Shown piece after piece: positions 20,678-31,566 of a DNA stretch of 64,000 nucleotides. The notes under the pieces were generated by a model. It did no database searches. It was not told the origin of the DNA and saw nothing but the letters and a program-made list of their open reading frames with translations. How positions within the stretch are numbered: position 1 is the first letter of the stretch; each line of letters opens with the position of its first letter. The position numbers and the translations under genes are program-made. Source of the stretch: an uncultured Verrucomicrobiae bacterium (GTDB lineage: Bacteria; Verrucomicrobiota; Verrucomicrobiia; Limisphaerales; Palsa-1400); NCBI GenBank assembly GCA_963764165.1, contig CAVXRD010000002.1:3200001-3264000 (forward strand). Reading direction: 5' to 3'.

Positions 20678-22594
20678 TTATTGATTTTCCGGCGCGGCCA
20701 AGCCATCGAGAGCTTCCAGGATCGCCCGTTGCACTTCCGGCTGACACAGATTGCCCGTATGCCCCCCGTGCTCAAAAACTTTCAATCTTCCGGACTCGAA
20801 CTCCGACTCCATCCACGCGGTATCTTCGGGCGCCATGAACAAGTCGTTTCGGTTGGCGATGATCCGAATATTCTGATTCCCTCGCAGTTCGGCAGAATAG
20901 GCGTGCAAATCCGTCCCCTTGTCAATTACTGCCGGATCGTCGAGATCAATGCCTCGGGTCTTGTCATATGGTTTTGCGAATTTTTGAATGTATTGTCGAA
21001 GGGAATACCGCATGATCTCGTCATAGGCCGCCCAACGTCTGGATTTCTTCAACGGTTGTATTAGGACTCCCTGATTGTGGCGTAGTTGACTGCTGAAAAT
21101 AACATCCCGCAATGTCAATCGAAAGGCCAGACCAATCAGGAAACGGCTTTCAATAGAGTTGAAAGGCAGGGAGGATCTTTGCTCCGGCGATTTCATGCTT
21201 ACGGCCGCGACCTTGAGCAATGTATTTTCGATGTTGGCGGTTCGGTCAGTCGCAGGCCACTCCAATGCGGCATCGTAAAACTTGTCCACGTTAGTTACAG
21301 CATATTGCAAACGCACTGGCGTATCGATGGCAACATAGCGTTCAAATTTGATCGATGGCGACCCGGTAGCATTCGTTTGCGCCGCCAGCAACATGGCCTG
21401 AAAACCTCCCATTGAGTAACCCATGAGTGCTCTTGGTCCGAGTCGATGCGGATACGCAACCTGCAATTGGCGGTCTATTTCGGTCAGAGCAACTTGAACA
21501 TCTTGCGCGTCGATTGGTGGATAGCTTGGAAGGTCTGTTGTTGAAGCACGTTCCATGAATTCTGGATGAAAGGAGCTGCTGACGCAAACCGCGGAAAAGC
21601 CGTGCGTGTAAAGGAGTTCGGCCAGGGCCAGTTCATTCCCCGCCAACCGATGGGCGCCAATGCCCGGCACTAAATACACGATAGGGGCATGTTTCGGCTG
21701 GAGCCAGAAAGTAAAACCTAATTTTCTGCCCGTGGCGGGAATTAAGACAGACATAGTCTTTCCGTGAGCTGGAAACTCGGGGTTTTTATATGTGCAAAAG
21801 ACCGCTTGCAGCGTTTCGAGCGTCGGTTCGTCCTGTTCTCCGACAACGCGCATGTCGGCCTTTTGATTTTCATGGGAAAGAGACCACGCGTATTCAAGGA
21901 TCGAATAAGGGTCTGCTTGGGACTCGCTAAAGCAAACAGATGCCTCTACGGTGTCACTAAAATTGTTCACCGTGGCCCCAGTGTTAATTAAGCTGTAGGG
22001 AAAGAAATAAGTTTGCGGCTCAACTGCCGTGTCCCCCGCCAGGCCAACAGCATCGCGGTCGTCGCTTGGCCCGAAAATGGGCAACATCAAATACAGTCCC
22101 GGGCTCCAGCCCCATTCTTTGAAGGTTTGCCCGAAATCGGCCTCGCTCTTTGCTATGTTCCATTTCGTCGCCACATCAAAAAAGCCTCCCAGCCCTAAGA
22201 CCGCGTTGCACAAGCATCGCTCCGTTTCATTTGCCGCGCCCGTCCACCTCCCTTGCAACAGATTATTCGCAAGCCGCCCGGGGTAGGTGAAGTTTTTGCC
22301 AACATTCCCGATGCCGGTCCGCACCGGCTTAACAACAACGAACCGATAGCCTCGAGAGAACGGCCGGACCACCGAAGTCATAAAACCCTTGTTGAAATCC
22401 CACATCGCGCGATTGAATGGCTCGATGGGATCTTTAAAACCTGTGGGCAGGACAATGGAATTTTCGACGGCAATCGGTGACGGCGTTTGCACCGGCGCAT
22501 TGGAATCAGAAACGGCCAGAGTCTGCGCTGATCCAGATTGAGACAACAACCAGCCCATTGTTATAAGAATTAGTGATTTAGCTTGGTTGAACAT
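20678..22594 (-). CDS. MlaA/VacJ domain fused to an alpha/beta hydrolase (lipase-like) domain
   Basis: DPIEPFNRAM..GLGGFFDVA..DFGQT..YLMLPIFGPS..RD (MlaA), then GYSMGG nucleophile elbow, NDL, GGH. Confidence 0.82.
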   Translation of the reverse strand: MFNQAKSLILITMGWLLSQSGSAQTLAVSDSNAPVQTPSPIAVENSIVLPTGFKDPIEPFNRAMWDFNKGFMTSVVRPFSRGYRFVVVKPVRTGIGNVGKNFTYPGRLANNLLQGRWTGAANETERCLCNAVLGLGGFFDVATKWNIAKSEADFGQTFKEWGWSPGLYLMLPIFGPSDDRDAVGLAGDTAVEPQTYFFPYSLINTGATVNNFSDTVEASVCFSESQADPYSILEYAWSLSHENQKADMRVVGEQDEPTLETLQAVFCTYKNPEFPAHGKTMSVLIPATGRKLGFTFWLQPKHAPIVYLVPGIGAHRLAGNELALAELLYTHGFSAVCVSSSFHPEFMERASTTDLPSYPPIDAQDVQVALTEIDRQLQVAYPHRLGPRALMGYSMGGFQAMLLAAQTNATGSPSIKFERYVAIDTPVRLQYAVTNVDKFYDAALEWPATDRTANIENTLLKVAAVSMKSPEQRSSLPFNSIESRFLIGLAFRLTLRDVIFSSQLRHNQGVLIQPLKKSRRWAAYDEIMRYSLRQYIQKFAKPYDKTRGIDLDDPAVIDKGTDLHAYSAELRGNQNIRIIANRNDLFMAPEDTAWMESEFESGRLKVFEHGGHTGNLCQPEVQRAILEALDGLAAPENQ

Positions 22595-22803
22595 ATGTGA
22601 GTTTGTTCCTAATTTCTGAGTCACCTGAAGATGCCTCATCTTGCAGGTGGGCGTCCTGACGAACTCGTCCGGGATCGGAAGCAGATCACCGATATTGAAA
22701 TTAGGAGCGACATTTTCTTTTCCAATGCACCAGTATGGAACAGCCAGCGGAAGGCTGCCATCAGACCTCTAACATAGTGCCGGCTGCCTCCTTGGAGGGG
22801 GAC

Positions 22804-23895
22804 TCACGCTGATAAATTTTCACGCACGAGGGGCGCGACCTTTGTTCCCAGTAGTTCAATTCCCCGCATGAAATTAGCCTGGGACAATTCAGCAACATCC
22901 ATCTGAAACGTGATCCTTGAGATTCCGCCCAAGGCTTCGCTATGGAGCAGGATTTTTTCAGCCACTTCTTCCGGGTTCCCGGTCATCATCGCGCCGTTTG
23001 TGCTCCGCGCGGCATCAAAATGAGACCGCGTGATCGGTGGCCAGCCCCGTTCCTTGCCAATCCGCGAAAACGTCTTGGCGTAACCGGGAAAAAAATCTGC
23101 AATGGCTTTCTCCGTCGTTTCCGCCACATATCCAACAACGTGGATTCCCACTTTAAGTTTGCCGGGCGCATGGCCTGCCCTGCTCCCGTACTCACGATAG
23201 ATATCCACCAGCGGGCGAAACCGTCTCGTCTCTCCGCCAATGATCGCGATCATCAACGGCAAGCCCAGTGCGCCCGCACGCGCTGCAGATTCCGGTCTGC
23301 CGCCAATACCGACCCAAACCGGGAAGGGATTTTGCACGGGACGAGGATAAACACCCTGGCCTGTCAATGGCGGCCGGAACTTGCCTGCCCAATGCACGAA
23401 TTCGTTCTCGCGCAGCTTTAAAAGCAATTCGAGCTTTTCGACAAAGAGATCATCGTAGTCTTCGATTTTGAGACCGAACAATGGAAAGGACTCCGTGAAC
23501 GAACCGCGGCCAACGACCATCTCCGCGCGGCCCTTGGAGAGAAGGTCGAGCGTGGCAAAACTTTGGAACACGCGAACCGGATCGGCCGCGCTTAACACCG
23601 TGACGGCGCTGGTGAGACGAATCTGATTGGTCTGCGCAGCCGCTGCCGCGAGAATCATCGCCGGCGCGGAATCGAGAAACTCGGGGCGATGATGCTCGCC
23701 CACGCCGAAGACATCCAAGCCAGTCTGATCAGCAAGTTTGATGCGCTCGACAAGATTAAGCACGCTGTCCGATGCGCTGATTTGGTTGTCCGAGGACCTT
23801 GCGGCAAAGCTGTCAACGCCGACCTGAATCGGCGGGACGGGGCCATTCCGTTCTGTCTTGAGATATTCGGCTGTTGTCTGCATCGATTCACTCAT
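22804..23895 (-). CDS. Luciferase-like (LLM) flavin-dependent oxidoreductase
   Basis: GVGEHHR, RLTSAVTVLSAADPVRVFQ, GRGSFTES. Confidence 0.9.
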   Translation of the reverse strand: MSESMQTTAEYLKTERNGPVPPIQVGVDSFAARSSDNQISASDSVLNLVERIKLADQTGLDVFGVGEHHRPEFLDSAPAMILAAAAAQTNQIRLTSAVTVLSAADPVRVFQSFATLDLLSKGRAEMVVGRGSFTESFPLFGLKIEDYDDLFVEKLELLLKLRENEFVHWAGKFRPPLTGQGVYPRPVQNPFPVWVGIGGRPESAARAGALGLPLMIAIIGGETRRFRPLVDIYREYGSRAGHAPGKLKVGIHVVGYVAETTEKAIADFFPGYAKTFSRIGKERGWPPITRSHFDAARSTNGAMMTGNPEEVAEKILLHSEALGGISRITFQMDVAELSQANFMRGIELLGTKVAPLVRENLSA

Positions 23896-24068
23896 GTCTC
23901 CAAATTACATGGGGCCATCACATCTGTGAAATATGATGATCCTTGGCTCAGCATAACTTTAAGGCATGCCTCTCGACCAATGCGACACGCGGATGCCTGA
24001 TAATTATTCTCCGAGCCGAATAACACCAGCGAAGCAAGACACAAAGAGCGCGAGTAAAACTCATTCTA

Positions 24069-25169
24069 TTGATCTCTGTATAATATAGTGACAATATCAC
24101 CAAAGCTCGGCTTGCTTCCAGAAGGCAGTGACCAATTTGGGTCTGCGCCGCATCCGGCTCAGGGCCTTGCGCCCGCAATGACTCAACTTCGCCAGGTCGG
24201 CCGCGCAAAGATTGGGCAACTCGTGCTGCTTGAAGTAACCCCAGACATACTCGGTGGGATTGAGTTCGGGCGCATAGGCAGGCAGTCGTTCCACCCAGAT
24301 TTTGCCTTTCAGTTGATCCACATAGTCCCGCACCAGCCGGCTGCGGTGGATGGGACCACCGTCCCAAATGACCAGAAGCTTGCCCGGGATGTGGCGTTGC
24401 AGATGTTTCAAGAATTCGATCACCTGCGGGCCTTTGATGGTGCCGGGGTAAAGCCGGAAGTAAAAGTTCCAGACCGTCACCCCGGCGATGATCGAAAGCT
24501 TTTTCCAGTTGAAGTCGAACTGCAATACCGGGGTCTGGCCGCGCGGCGCCCAAGTGCGAACCCGGTGCGGCTTCTGGCTCAATCCGCTCTCGTCGATGAA
24601 AACCACGATTCGCCTCTCGCGGAGGGCTTTTTTTTAAGCTGCGGCCAGCGCACTTTGCGCCAGCGGGTGATCTCCCGCTCATGGCGCTGCCGAGCCTGGG
24701 TGGTGGGCCGCTGGCAGCTCCAACCCAGCTTTTGCAGAAGCCGGCAAACATGGTCCTCGTGGTATTGGACGCCCGTCAACCGTTGGATAACGGCGGCCAC
24801 CCGCCGGGTGGTCCAAAGCTGGGTGCCAAAGTCATGGGCTTCGGGTCCCTGTTTGAGGGCCCGTTCCAACTGGCGGAAGTTCTCGTCGGTCAGGCGGGGC
24901 TTGCGCCCGGCTCGCCCAGCCTTTTTGAGAGAGGGCGCGCCATGGTCCTGCCAAGCCTTATGCCAGCGGCTGACCGATTGCCGGTGGACGCCAACTTGGC
25001 GGGCGACCTCGGCCTGGCTCAAGCCTCGGTCGAAAAGTTTGACGGCTTTCATGCGCCGCCGTTCCAGTTGTGCAAACTGCGCCAAATCGCGTTTTACGCC
25101 TTTAGGATTTCCCATACCCAAAAATTAGCATAAAAACAATAATGTGTCACTATATTATGCAGAGATCAA
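24069..25169 (-). mobile_element. IS630-family insertion sequence (~1.1 kb)
   Basis: TIRs ttgatctctgtataatatagtgaca / tgtcactatattatgcagagatcaa. TA duplicated (CTAG target). Two ORFs joined at an A8 slippery run (24628-24635). Confidence 0.92.
24097..25121 (-). CDS. IS630 transposase: orfA HTH 24579-25121 plus orfB DDE 24097-24606, probable programmed frameshift
   Basis: VFIDESG, WDGGPIH, LPAYAPELNPTEYVW. HTH SQAEVARQVGVHRQSVSRW. Confidence 0.9.
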
Positions 25170-25171
25170 TA

Positions 25172-26805
25172 GGTGCGAAAGCCGCCCATCAAGGCGGATG
25201 CTTTTGCCTTCCGTGATATCGATGGCCACGGTCTTTCCGTTGTAGGAAAATTGGTAAGTGCCGCGCGCGGTGCCCTTGATCGTTGCGCTAACAAGAACTC
25301 GTTGCTTCCACACCATATCGACTTCAAGGCCACCCCGCGCGCGAAGGCCTCTAACCAATCCGTCGTTCCACGCCTCAGGCAAGGCAGGCAGCAAATAGAT
25401 TTGGATACACTCCGCCTCCGCTGTCATATCGAATATCCATGCCTGAGGCGGGCGCGAGCGCGGCGCGCACCAACTTCCAAGCGTGGTCGCCGTCTTCCAA
25501 TCGACTCCATAATAAGGCCTTGTAAGCAAGCGCCCAGCCCACCCCGTCATCCCCTCTCGCTTCCAACGTTTTGCGCGCTGCGGTGGCAAGACTTGGTGTG
25601 GCCAGCGGTGAAATTTGGCCGCCCGGGTACAATCCCCACAAATGCGACACGTGCCGATGGTGCGGATCCGCTTCCTTGTATGGCTCAGGCCATTCCATGA
25701 TGCGCCCGTCCGGCCCAATTTGTACTGGCATCAGCTTCGCGAGTTGTCTCGCGAGCTTGCTTCGGAACTCCTGATCAACCCCCAGGATCGTCGCTGACTC
25801 GATACAAGCATCAAATAAACTACGTGTGATTTCCGATTGATAGGCCGAGCCCAAAGCGATGGCTGGCTGCTGATGGTCGGGCGATTCAAAATGATTTTCC
25901 GGTGAATTTGCCGGGGCGTCAACGAGCCAGTGATGTTTCGGATCCTCAATCAAAAGATCGGAATAAAATTCAGCGGCGCCTTTCATGATGGGATAAGCCC
26001 ATTTGAGGAACTCCTTATCGCGCGTGAATAAGTAGTGATCCCACAAATGCTGACAGAGCCAGCCGGAACCGCTCATGGTGGATCCCCACGAAGCGGATTC
26101 GCCCGGAGACGTGTATCCCCACGGATTGGTGATGACGTGTGCCACCCAGCCGGTTGCATGGTAATAAGAACGGGCCGTTTGCGCTCCCGGCTTTTGCAAT
26201 GAGTCTATGAGCGCGAACAGGGGCTGTGTCAAATCCGAGAGATTACAAACTTCCGCCGGCCAATAGTTCATCTCTACATTCATGTCCAGATGCCAGTCTC
26301 CCGTCCACGGCGTGTGGATTTCTTCGGCCCATATCCCTTGCAAGTTTGGCGGCAGCCCGCCGGGGCGGGAGGAGGAAATCAACAAATATCGGCCAAAATT
26401 AAAATACAGCGCCGCCAGGCTTGGATCGCCACTCTTATTCGCCAGCCGGACGCGTTCAGGTGTCGGCTTCGCCTCTGCCGTTACATCAGATGGACTGAGA
26501 TGAAGCGAGACTCGCTGGTAGTATTTTTGATAATCCGCAATATGCGCATCGCGCAATGAGGCATACGATTTCTCCGCCGCTTTGTTTAAATCGTCCAGCG
26601 TTGCGCTTGACGGATCTTTTGTCTCGCGACCAGCGAAACCCTGGTAATCCGTCGCGGCGGCAATCAACAAAATAGCTTCATCCGCGTGGCTGACACTCAA
26701 AAGATTCCCCTGAGCGGAGGTTTGCCCGCCTCGAATGAGAACGCGCGCGCGCACGGCATAGCGAATGCCGTCGCCACCTTTGCCGTTGTCCAATTGGCCG
26801 GTCAT
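25172..26805 (-). pseudogene. GH95 alpha-L-fucosidase remnant (5'-truncated, internal deletion, IS630 in last codons)
   Basis: FNFGRYLLISSSRPG, NLQGIW, EMNYWP, HRHVSHLWGLYPG. After YPNLF it jumps frame to LLPALPEAW..GLRARGG, and the usual PPFQIDGNFG segment is missing. Confidence 0.85.
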
Positions 26806-26916
26806 CGGAGTCGCTCGGGTTCGCCTGGCACACCCGCAGCCATTCCCAAGACACCAGGAAAGCTTGCCGAGCCGATGACGCGATAGGAAGCCTGGCTGAG
26901 ATTGTATGGCGAAATT

Positions 26917-27473
26917 TTAGGAGCGGATGACGATCTCGAGTTTCTTGAGAGTAAAATCGTGGTAGGTTTGAGCCATTGTTACACGCTCCCGTGCGGCCGT
27001 GAGCAAATGGATGTTGCTCAATAGCAATCGCACCAAATTCGCACAACCCAAACGCAAAATAGGGCAGAGGCAATCAGCACCGCCATCCGCCAGTATTCGG
27101 GATGCCATTTTTCGGGGTCTTGAATTCCTTTTGGCGGTTCCATCATGCCTTTGACTTCTGGAATCAGAAAGTAAAGCGACGTTCCTGCCGCAATTGCACA
27201 AACAACGGCGTAAACCCATGACAAAATCAGATGCGATTTTGCCTTTTTTGTCCAATATGTCACAGGCGAGCGCAATACCAAAGCGTCGTCATACGTTTTT
27301 CTCAATTCTGTCCATTCGGTCTTGGCCCTCGTCATTTTGTAATCGTTATCTGTGGCCCAATCCGACAGCGACACCCATTCCATAGAGGAAATAGCTGACG
27401 GTTGGGGCTCGGCGTTTTTGGGAGCAACCAAGCCGGAAAGCACCGCCAAGAGAACTACTGGTGACAATTTCAT
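26917..27473 (-). pseudogene. Mosaic remnant: exported-protein N-terminus joined to a frameshifted DUF6161-like membrane domain
   Basis: TYDDALVLRSPVTYWTKKAKSH...TM..TM, then in another frame LVRLLLSNIHLLTAARERVTMAQTY. Confidence 0.5.
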
Positions 27474-27604
27474 GGTAATCCGTCTGTCTTGTCCGGCTTG
27501 AATACCGATCCGGGGCGGCAACAGACTAGCCGCAAATGAACCAGGGAAATCCTCTTGGAGTGAATGAGCGGCGCAATAAATGCGCCGAAGCCCAAATTCA
27601 AATG

Positions 27605-27951
27605 TTAGAGGCCAGAGTCGAAGCTAGGGAAGGTTGCTTGGGGCCCGCGCTCGTGCGGCAATTGATTTGGCTGGGCTGCCGGCAGAAGGGTTCGGGGAAG
27701 GCCGACAAACCAGACCAAGCAAGTATCGGCGCGGCCAGAACTAGTGCTTCGGTTGATGGAAGAACCTGGGAGTGGGCAAACAGAGTAATCGCGCACTCAT
27801 GATCCGGAGCATCCGCATCCGAGTGAACCAGCCGGTGAAGGAATGAGCTTGCTGAAAGAAAACCTAAGACCAGCACCAAACCGACGCCAAGAACCGCTGC
27901 CGCACGGCGCAGGGCTTTAACAAGATTGAAATTCAGCGTCTGTAAATGCAA
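27605..27951 (-). pseudogene. His-rich leader peptide copy 1 (frameshifted; the other frame ends QLPHERGPQ)
   Basis: TM helix plus LHRLVHSDADAPDHECAITLFAH. One added base near 27690 would join it to LLPAAQPNQLPHERGPQA. Confidence 0.65.
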
Positions 27952-27961
27952 ATCATTTGCA
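27947..27961. promoter_or_regulatory. TGCAA-N5-TTGCA palindrome (candidate Fur/Zur-family operator)
   Basis: TGCAAatcatTTGCA overlaps the TTG start of leader copy 1. Confidence 0.6.
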
Positions 27962-28128
27962 ATTAGACACCATCTCTAGTGCTTTGCAAGCTGTTTTTTG
28001 GGAGATTGTTTGCCGCTTGGCTGACGACCAGGGTATTTCCCAAAAAAGCTCGAGTCTGTGTTTGACGGAGGGTGAATCCGTTCGCATTGGCAATCCGAGA
28101 ATCGAGATTAGCCGGCACTAACCTAGGC

Positions 28129-28902
28129 TCAGCCTTTGAGATGAAATCCCACCACAAGCAAGGCAATGACAAGAAATCCGATGCTGAAAAAGCCAAGAAC
28201 AATTCCCTTATGATGCTTCCAAATTTCCCCCAGAATTGCATGAATGCCGAGAAAGACAAATCCGCCCCCTGCGTGAGCCAAGGCCACGCCCAGCCAAAGT
28301 TCGGAAACTCCATGCAGAACGAATAGGCCGATCAGTCCTCCCAAAACAGTAGTCAATTCAACGGCTGCAACCATCAAGAGCATTCTGCTGGAAGTGAAGC
28401 CGGCGCCGAGCAGCAAGGCTCCGAGAGCCATGCCTTCCGGCGCCTTGTGAACGCATATTGCGAACATCATCGCCGCATCCAGCACATGGGCGTTCGTGCC
28501 TGTTTCCTCATGGCCCGCAGCCAAGGCCAATCCGTCGACCGCGCAATGAATTGCCAGCGCCACCGTCATGGCCAGCGCAATCTCGCCAAAATGGTGGGTG
28601 GTTGCCTCGTCAAAATGACTGGCCGCGCAGGCAGGGCAGACATGGAAGACATATTTGCTGATTAACGCGAAGAGGAAATAGCCGCTGGCGGCTGCTAGTG
28701 CGAACTGCCAGAGATGCAAGGATTCCAGGCACTCCGGCACGATGGCGAACACGGTCACGCCTAACAGCGTGCCCGCCCCAAGGCTGATCAGAGCGCAAAG
28801 CCGTTTGTGCGTTCCAGCTATGCACGCGCTGGCCACGCCACCAGCCAAGGCGATCAAAAATGCCGCCCCGGTGCGAATCAAGATGGCAGCAGCGGCGCTC
28901 AT
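28129..28902 (-). CDS. ZIP-family divalent metal transporter
   Basis: SLGAGTLLG, AIHCAVDG, CVHKAPEG, AGGGFVF. Loop contains HVCPAC. Confidence 0.85.
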   Translation of the reverse strand: MSAAAAILIRTGAAFLIALAGGVASACIAGTHKRLCALISLGAGTLLGVTVFAIVPECLESLHLWQFALAAASGYFLFALISKYVFHVCPACAASHFDEATTHHFGEIALAMTVALAIHCAVDGLALAAGHEETGTNAHVLDAAMMFAICVHKAPEGMALGALLLGAGFTSSRMLLMVAAVELTTVLGGLIGLFVLHGVSELWLGVALAHAGGGFVFLGIHAILGEIWKHHKGIVLGFFSIGFLVIALLVVGFHLKG

Positions 28903-29804
28903 GGGGTTTTGTTGCCCTTCAACCGTTCCTTCCAGGTCTGCACGGCTTGCGGGGTGGTAGAAACCACCTGTAACTGTTCCAGCCATCCGATTGCCTCATT
29001 GGTGTGATGTTCTGATTCCGCCAGGTGTGCGAGCGAGGCAAGAATTTCCTCGGCGATAAACTTGTTGTGGTCGCTGTCTTTGTCCGGCAAACGCGCCAGA
29101 TTGCGCAGTCCCGCTTCCCAGACGTTGCGCGCGCCAATGGGATTGTGGCGCGCCTCGGAAAAGAGACGGCCGAGGTCGAAGAGCAACTGCGGGTCGCCCG
29201 GATTCTCTTTGAGTCCCTCGCGCAGCTCTTGTTCGCTGTCGTCAATCTTGTCCATTCGGCGCAGCCAGTAAGCGGTCACCAGATAGACTTCCACCCGCTT
29301 TGGGTCCAGCTCCGTGGAGAGCTTCAGCCAGGGCAGGATTTCCCCCACTGAACTTTCGTCCTCTTTGCCGTTGGCGCCGCCTTCGATTAAGTGGGTATGC
29401 ACCGAGGGGTAAAATTGCCTGCCGAAGGCGTCGATCCAATTGCGCGGCGGACCAAGAAAAGTTGTCTCGTCACCGGTGTTCTTCCCTTTCATGGCCCCGG
29501 AATCTTCGGCGATGTGCGGCGTTTTGTACGATTGGCGATTGTCATAAATCGTCGGATACATGCCGCTGTGGAAATAGGCGTCCGCTTTCACAAAGAATTG
29601 ATCGGCGAATAGGCGTCGCGCATCTCCAATGGCGACGGCCATGAGGTTGGCGGAAGCGGCCCGGTTGCCGGGCCAATCCTGAAACCACAAGCTCAAATTA
29701 GCGGCAAGAGAAAAGCTGCCGACCAGCAGCAGCAAAAGCCAAAGTTCTCCTGCGAAACTTCTGCTGCTACGGTTGGCGTTGGAATGGAGAGTCATCGGCA
29801 TCAT
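28899..29804 (-). CDS. Membrane-anchored TPR protein
   Basis: N-terminal TM, KADAYFHSG, HTHL, EILPWLKLSTELDP..VEVYLVTAYWL..LREGLKENP. Confidence 0.7.
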   Translation of the reverse strand: MMPMTLHSNANRSSRSFAGELWLLLLLVGSFSLAANLSLWFQDWPGNRAASANLMAVAIGDARRLFADQFFVKADAYFHSGMYPTIYDNRQSYKTPHIAEDSGAMKGKNTGDETTFLGPPRNWIDAFGRQFYPSVHTHLIEGGANGKEDESSVGEILPWLKLSTELDPKRVEVYLVTAYWLRRMDKIDDSEQELREGLKENPGDPQLLFDLGRLFSEARHNPIGARNVWEAGLRNLARLPDKDSDHNKFIAEEILASLAHLAESEHHTNEAIGWLEQLQVVSTTPQAVQTWKERLKGNKTP

Positions 29805-29818
29805 CAATTCAGATCGTC

Positions 29819-30595
29819 CTAGTTCAAAGCACGGCGACGGAAAAGCATGCACGCCGCGAGCAGAAAGAAAGCACCGTAAACCGCGCCGTAAGCCGTCGCT
29901 TTCAAGCAGACCAGCCAGTGGATGGACGGCCAGTTATGTATCACCAGATCGCGCACGTCGAAGAATTCCAAATGGGGTATGACAAAAAAGAGCGCCATAA
30001 GCAGGCTCCGCGCCGGCTCGCCAGCCTGCGTGGCAACCTGGTCCAAATGGCGGCCCACCATCAGGATGAACGCCACCGCGACGAAGGAAATGGCGACGTT
30101 GGCCGATACTGCGCTGAACAGCAACGAACCGAGGATGCTCATCGCGATGATAACCCCCAGCATGAACCAATGCAGCCAGATAGCCTGGAAGTAATTTGCC
30201 AGCGGCCAGTGATGTTCTTTTGACATCGCCATTAATCCAAAGAAGGCATAAAAGGCCAGCAATGAGATTCCCGCCGCGATCCAGCAACCGAGGAACTTGC
30301 CCAACAGGACCTCGTTTCGTCCGATTGGTTTGGCTAGGAGGGGATAAATCGTGCGATTCTCGCGTTCCGTTGGAATTTGCCGCGCGGCCATCGTAATGGC
30401 GATCACCAGCGAAGAAATCCAGATGAGCAGCAGACATATCTCCTTCATGTAGCGGTCAATTTGACTGTCGTGGAAAAGATTGACCGAACCCATCATCAAT
30501 GTAATCACTGCGGTGACGACAAACAGCACGTAAAAATCCTTGCGGCGGATGCTTTCTTTTACAACGACGGAGGACAATGCCCAAATGTTTTTCAT
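29819..30595 (-). CDS. ABC-2 type permease
   Basis: KESIRRK, ERENRTIYPLLAKPIGRNEVLLGKFLG, six TM helices. Confidence 0.85.
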   Translation of the reverse strand: MKNIWALSSVVVKESIRRKDFYVLFVVTAVITLMMGSVNLFHDSQIDRYMKEICLLLIWISSLVIAITMAARQIPTERENRTIYPLLAKPIGRNEVLLGKFLGCWIAAGISLLAFYAFFGLMAMSKEHHWPLANYFQAIWLHWFMLGVIIAMSILGSLLFSAVSANVAISFVAVAFILMVGRHLDQVATQAGEPARSLLMALFFVIPHLEFFDVRDLVIHNWPSIHWLVCLKATAYGAVYGAFFLLAACMLFRRRALN

Positions 30596-31419
30596 ATTTG
30601 CTCGGGTGCGTGGTAGCCGATTACGCGCAGAAATACTTGTTCGAGATTGCACTCGTATTTTTTAACAAGAGCCTTGACGCTGCCCCCTTCCTTAAGCTCC
30701 CCTTCGTGAAGGATCGCCACACGATCGCAAACCGTTTCCACTTCACCCAATTCATGGGATGAAAAGAAAACGGTCTTGCCCTCGTTCTTGAGCCGCTGAA
30801 TGATTTCCCGGACTTTCATCCGGCCAATGGGATCAAGACCGCTTGTGGGTTCGTCGAGAATAAGCAAATCAGGATTGTTCACCAATGCCTGTGCCAGCCC
30901 AATTCGCTGCTGCATGCCCTTGGAGTAGGTCTTTATAAGGCGTTTTCGGGCGTGCTCCAAATCCACCAGTTTCAAAGCGGCATCCACCAGCCCATCCATC
31001 TTCGGACGCGGGATGCCGAAAATGGTGGCATATAGCCGGAGCAGTTCCTCCGCGCTCAGAAATTTGTAATAGTAAGTTAATTCCGGCAAATAGCCGATTC
31101 GCTGGCGCGCAATAGGTTCCCGCACGCTGGTGCCGAACAAGAAGGCATCGCCTCTGGTGGCGCGGTTGAATCCGAGCAAAACATTCATCGTCGTGGTCTT
31201 GCCGGCGCCGTTTGGGCCAAGGAATCCAAAAACCTCCCCCTGTCGCACTTTAAACGTGAGGTCTTTCACCGCCACTTTCACCTCTTGCCGCAATTCCCGG
31301 CTGGTAAATTCGACGCGAAGATGTTCGACGCGCAAAACCTCTTCCGACCTGGCGCACGGTGGTGCGGTGGATAAATTCTGCAAGTCGTTAGTCGCAAAAA
31401 ACTCTGTGGATTCTTTCAT
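30592..31419 (-). CDS. ABC transporter ATP-binding protein
   Basis: GPNGAGKTT, YSKGMQQR, LDEPTSGLDP, SSH. Confidence 0.92.
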   Translation of the reverse strand: MKESTEFFATNDLQNLSTAPPCARSEEVLRVEHLRVEFTSRELRQEVKVAVKDLTFKVRQGEVFGFLGPNGAGKTTTMNVLLGFNRATRGDAFLFGTSVREPIARQRIGYLPELTYYYKFLSAEELLRLYATIFGIPRPKMDGLVDAALKLVDLEHARKRLIKTYSKGMQQRIGLAQALVNNPDLLILDEPTSGLDPIGRMKVREIIQRLKNEGKTVFFSSHELGEVETVCDRVAILHEGELKEGGSVKALVKKYECNLEQVFLRVIGYHAPEQI

Positions 31420-31566
31420 AAGCTATCGGACGATTCTTCGCGGCCGCAACCGGGCCATTCAAAGATATCGACTATTCTAAGTCTGCTTTTGACTGAGATG
31501 CTTCAAATCGCCGCGCACTGTGGGCGGCAGCTTTGAATGGATGCCGAAATCTGGCAAAAACCTGGA

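Noticed and set aside
24088..25128. 346-aa plus-strand ORF
   Set aside because: Antisense to the IS630 transposase.
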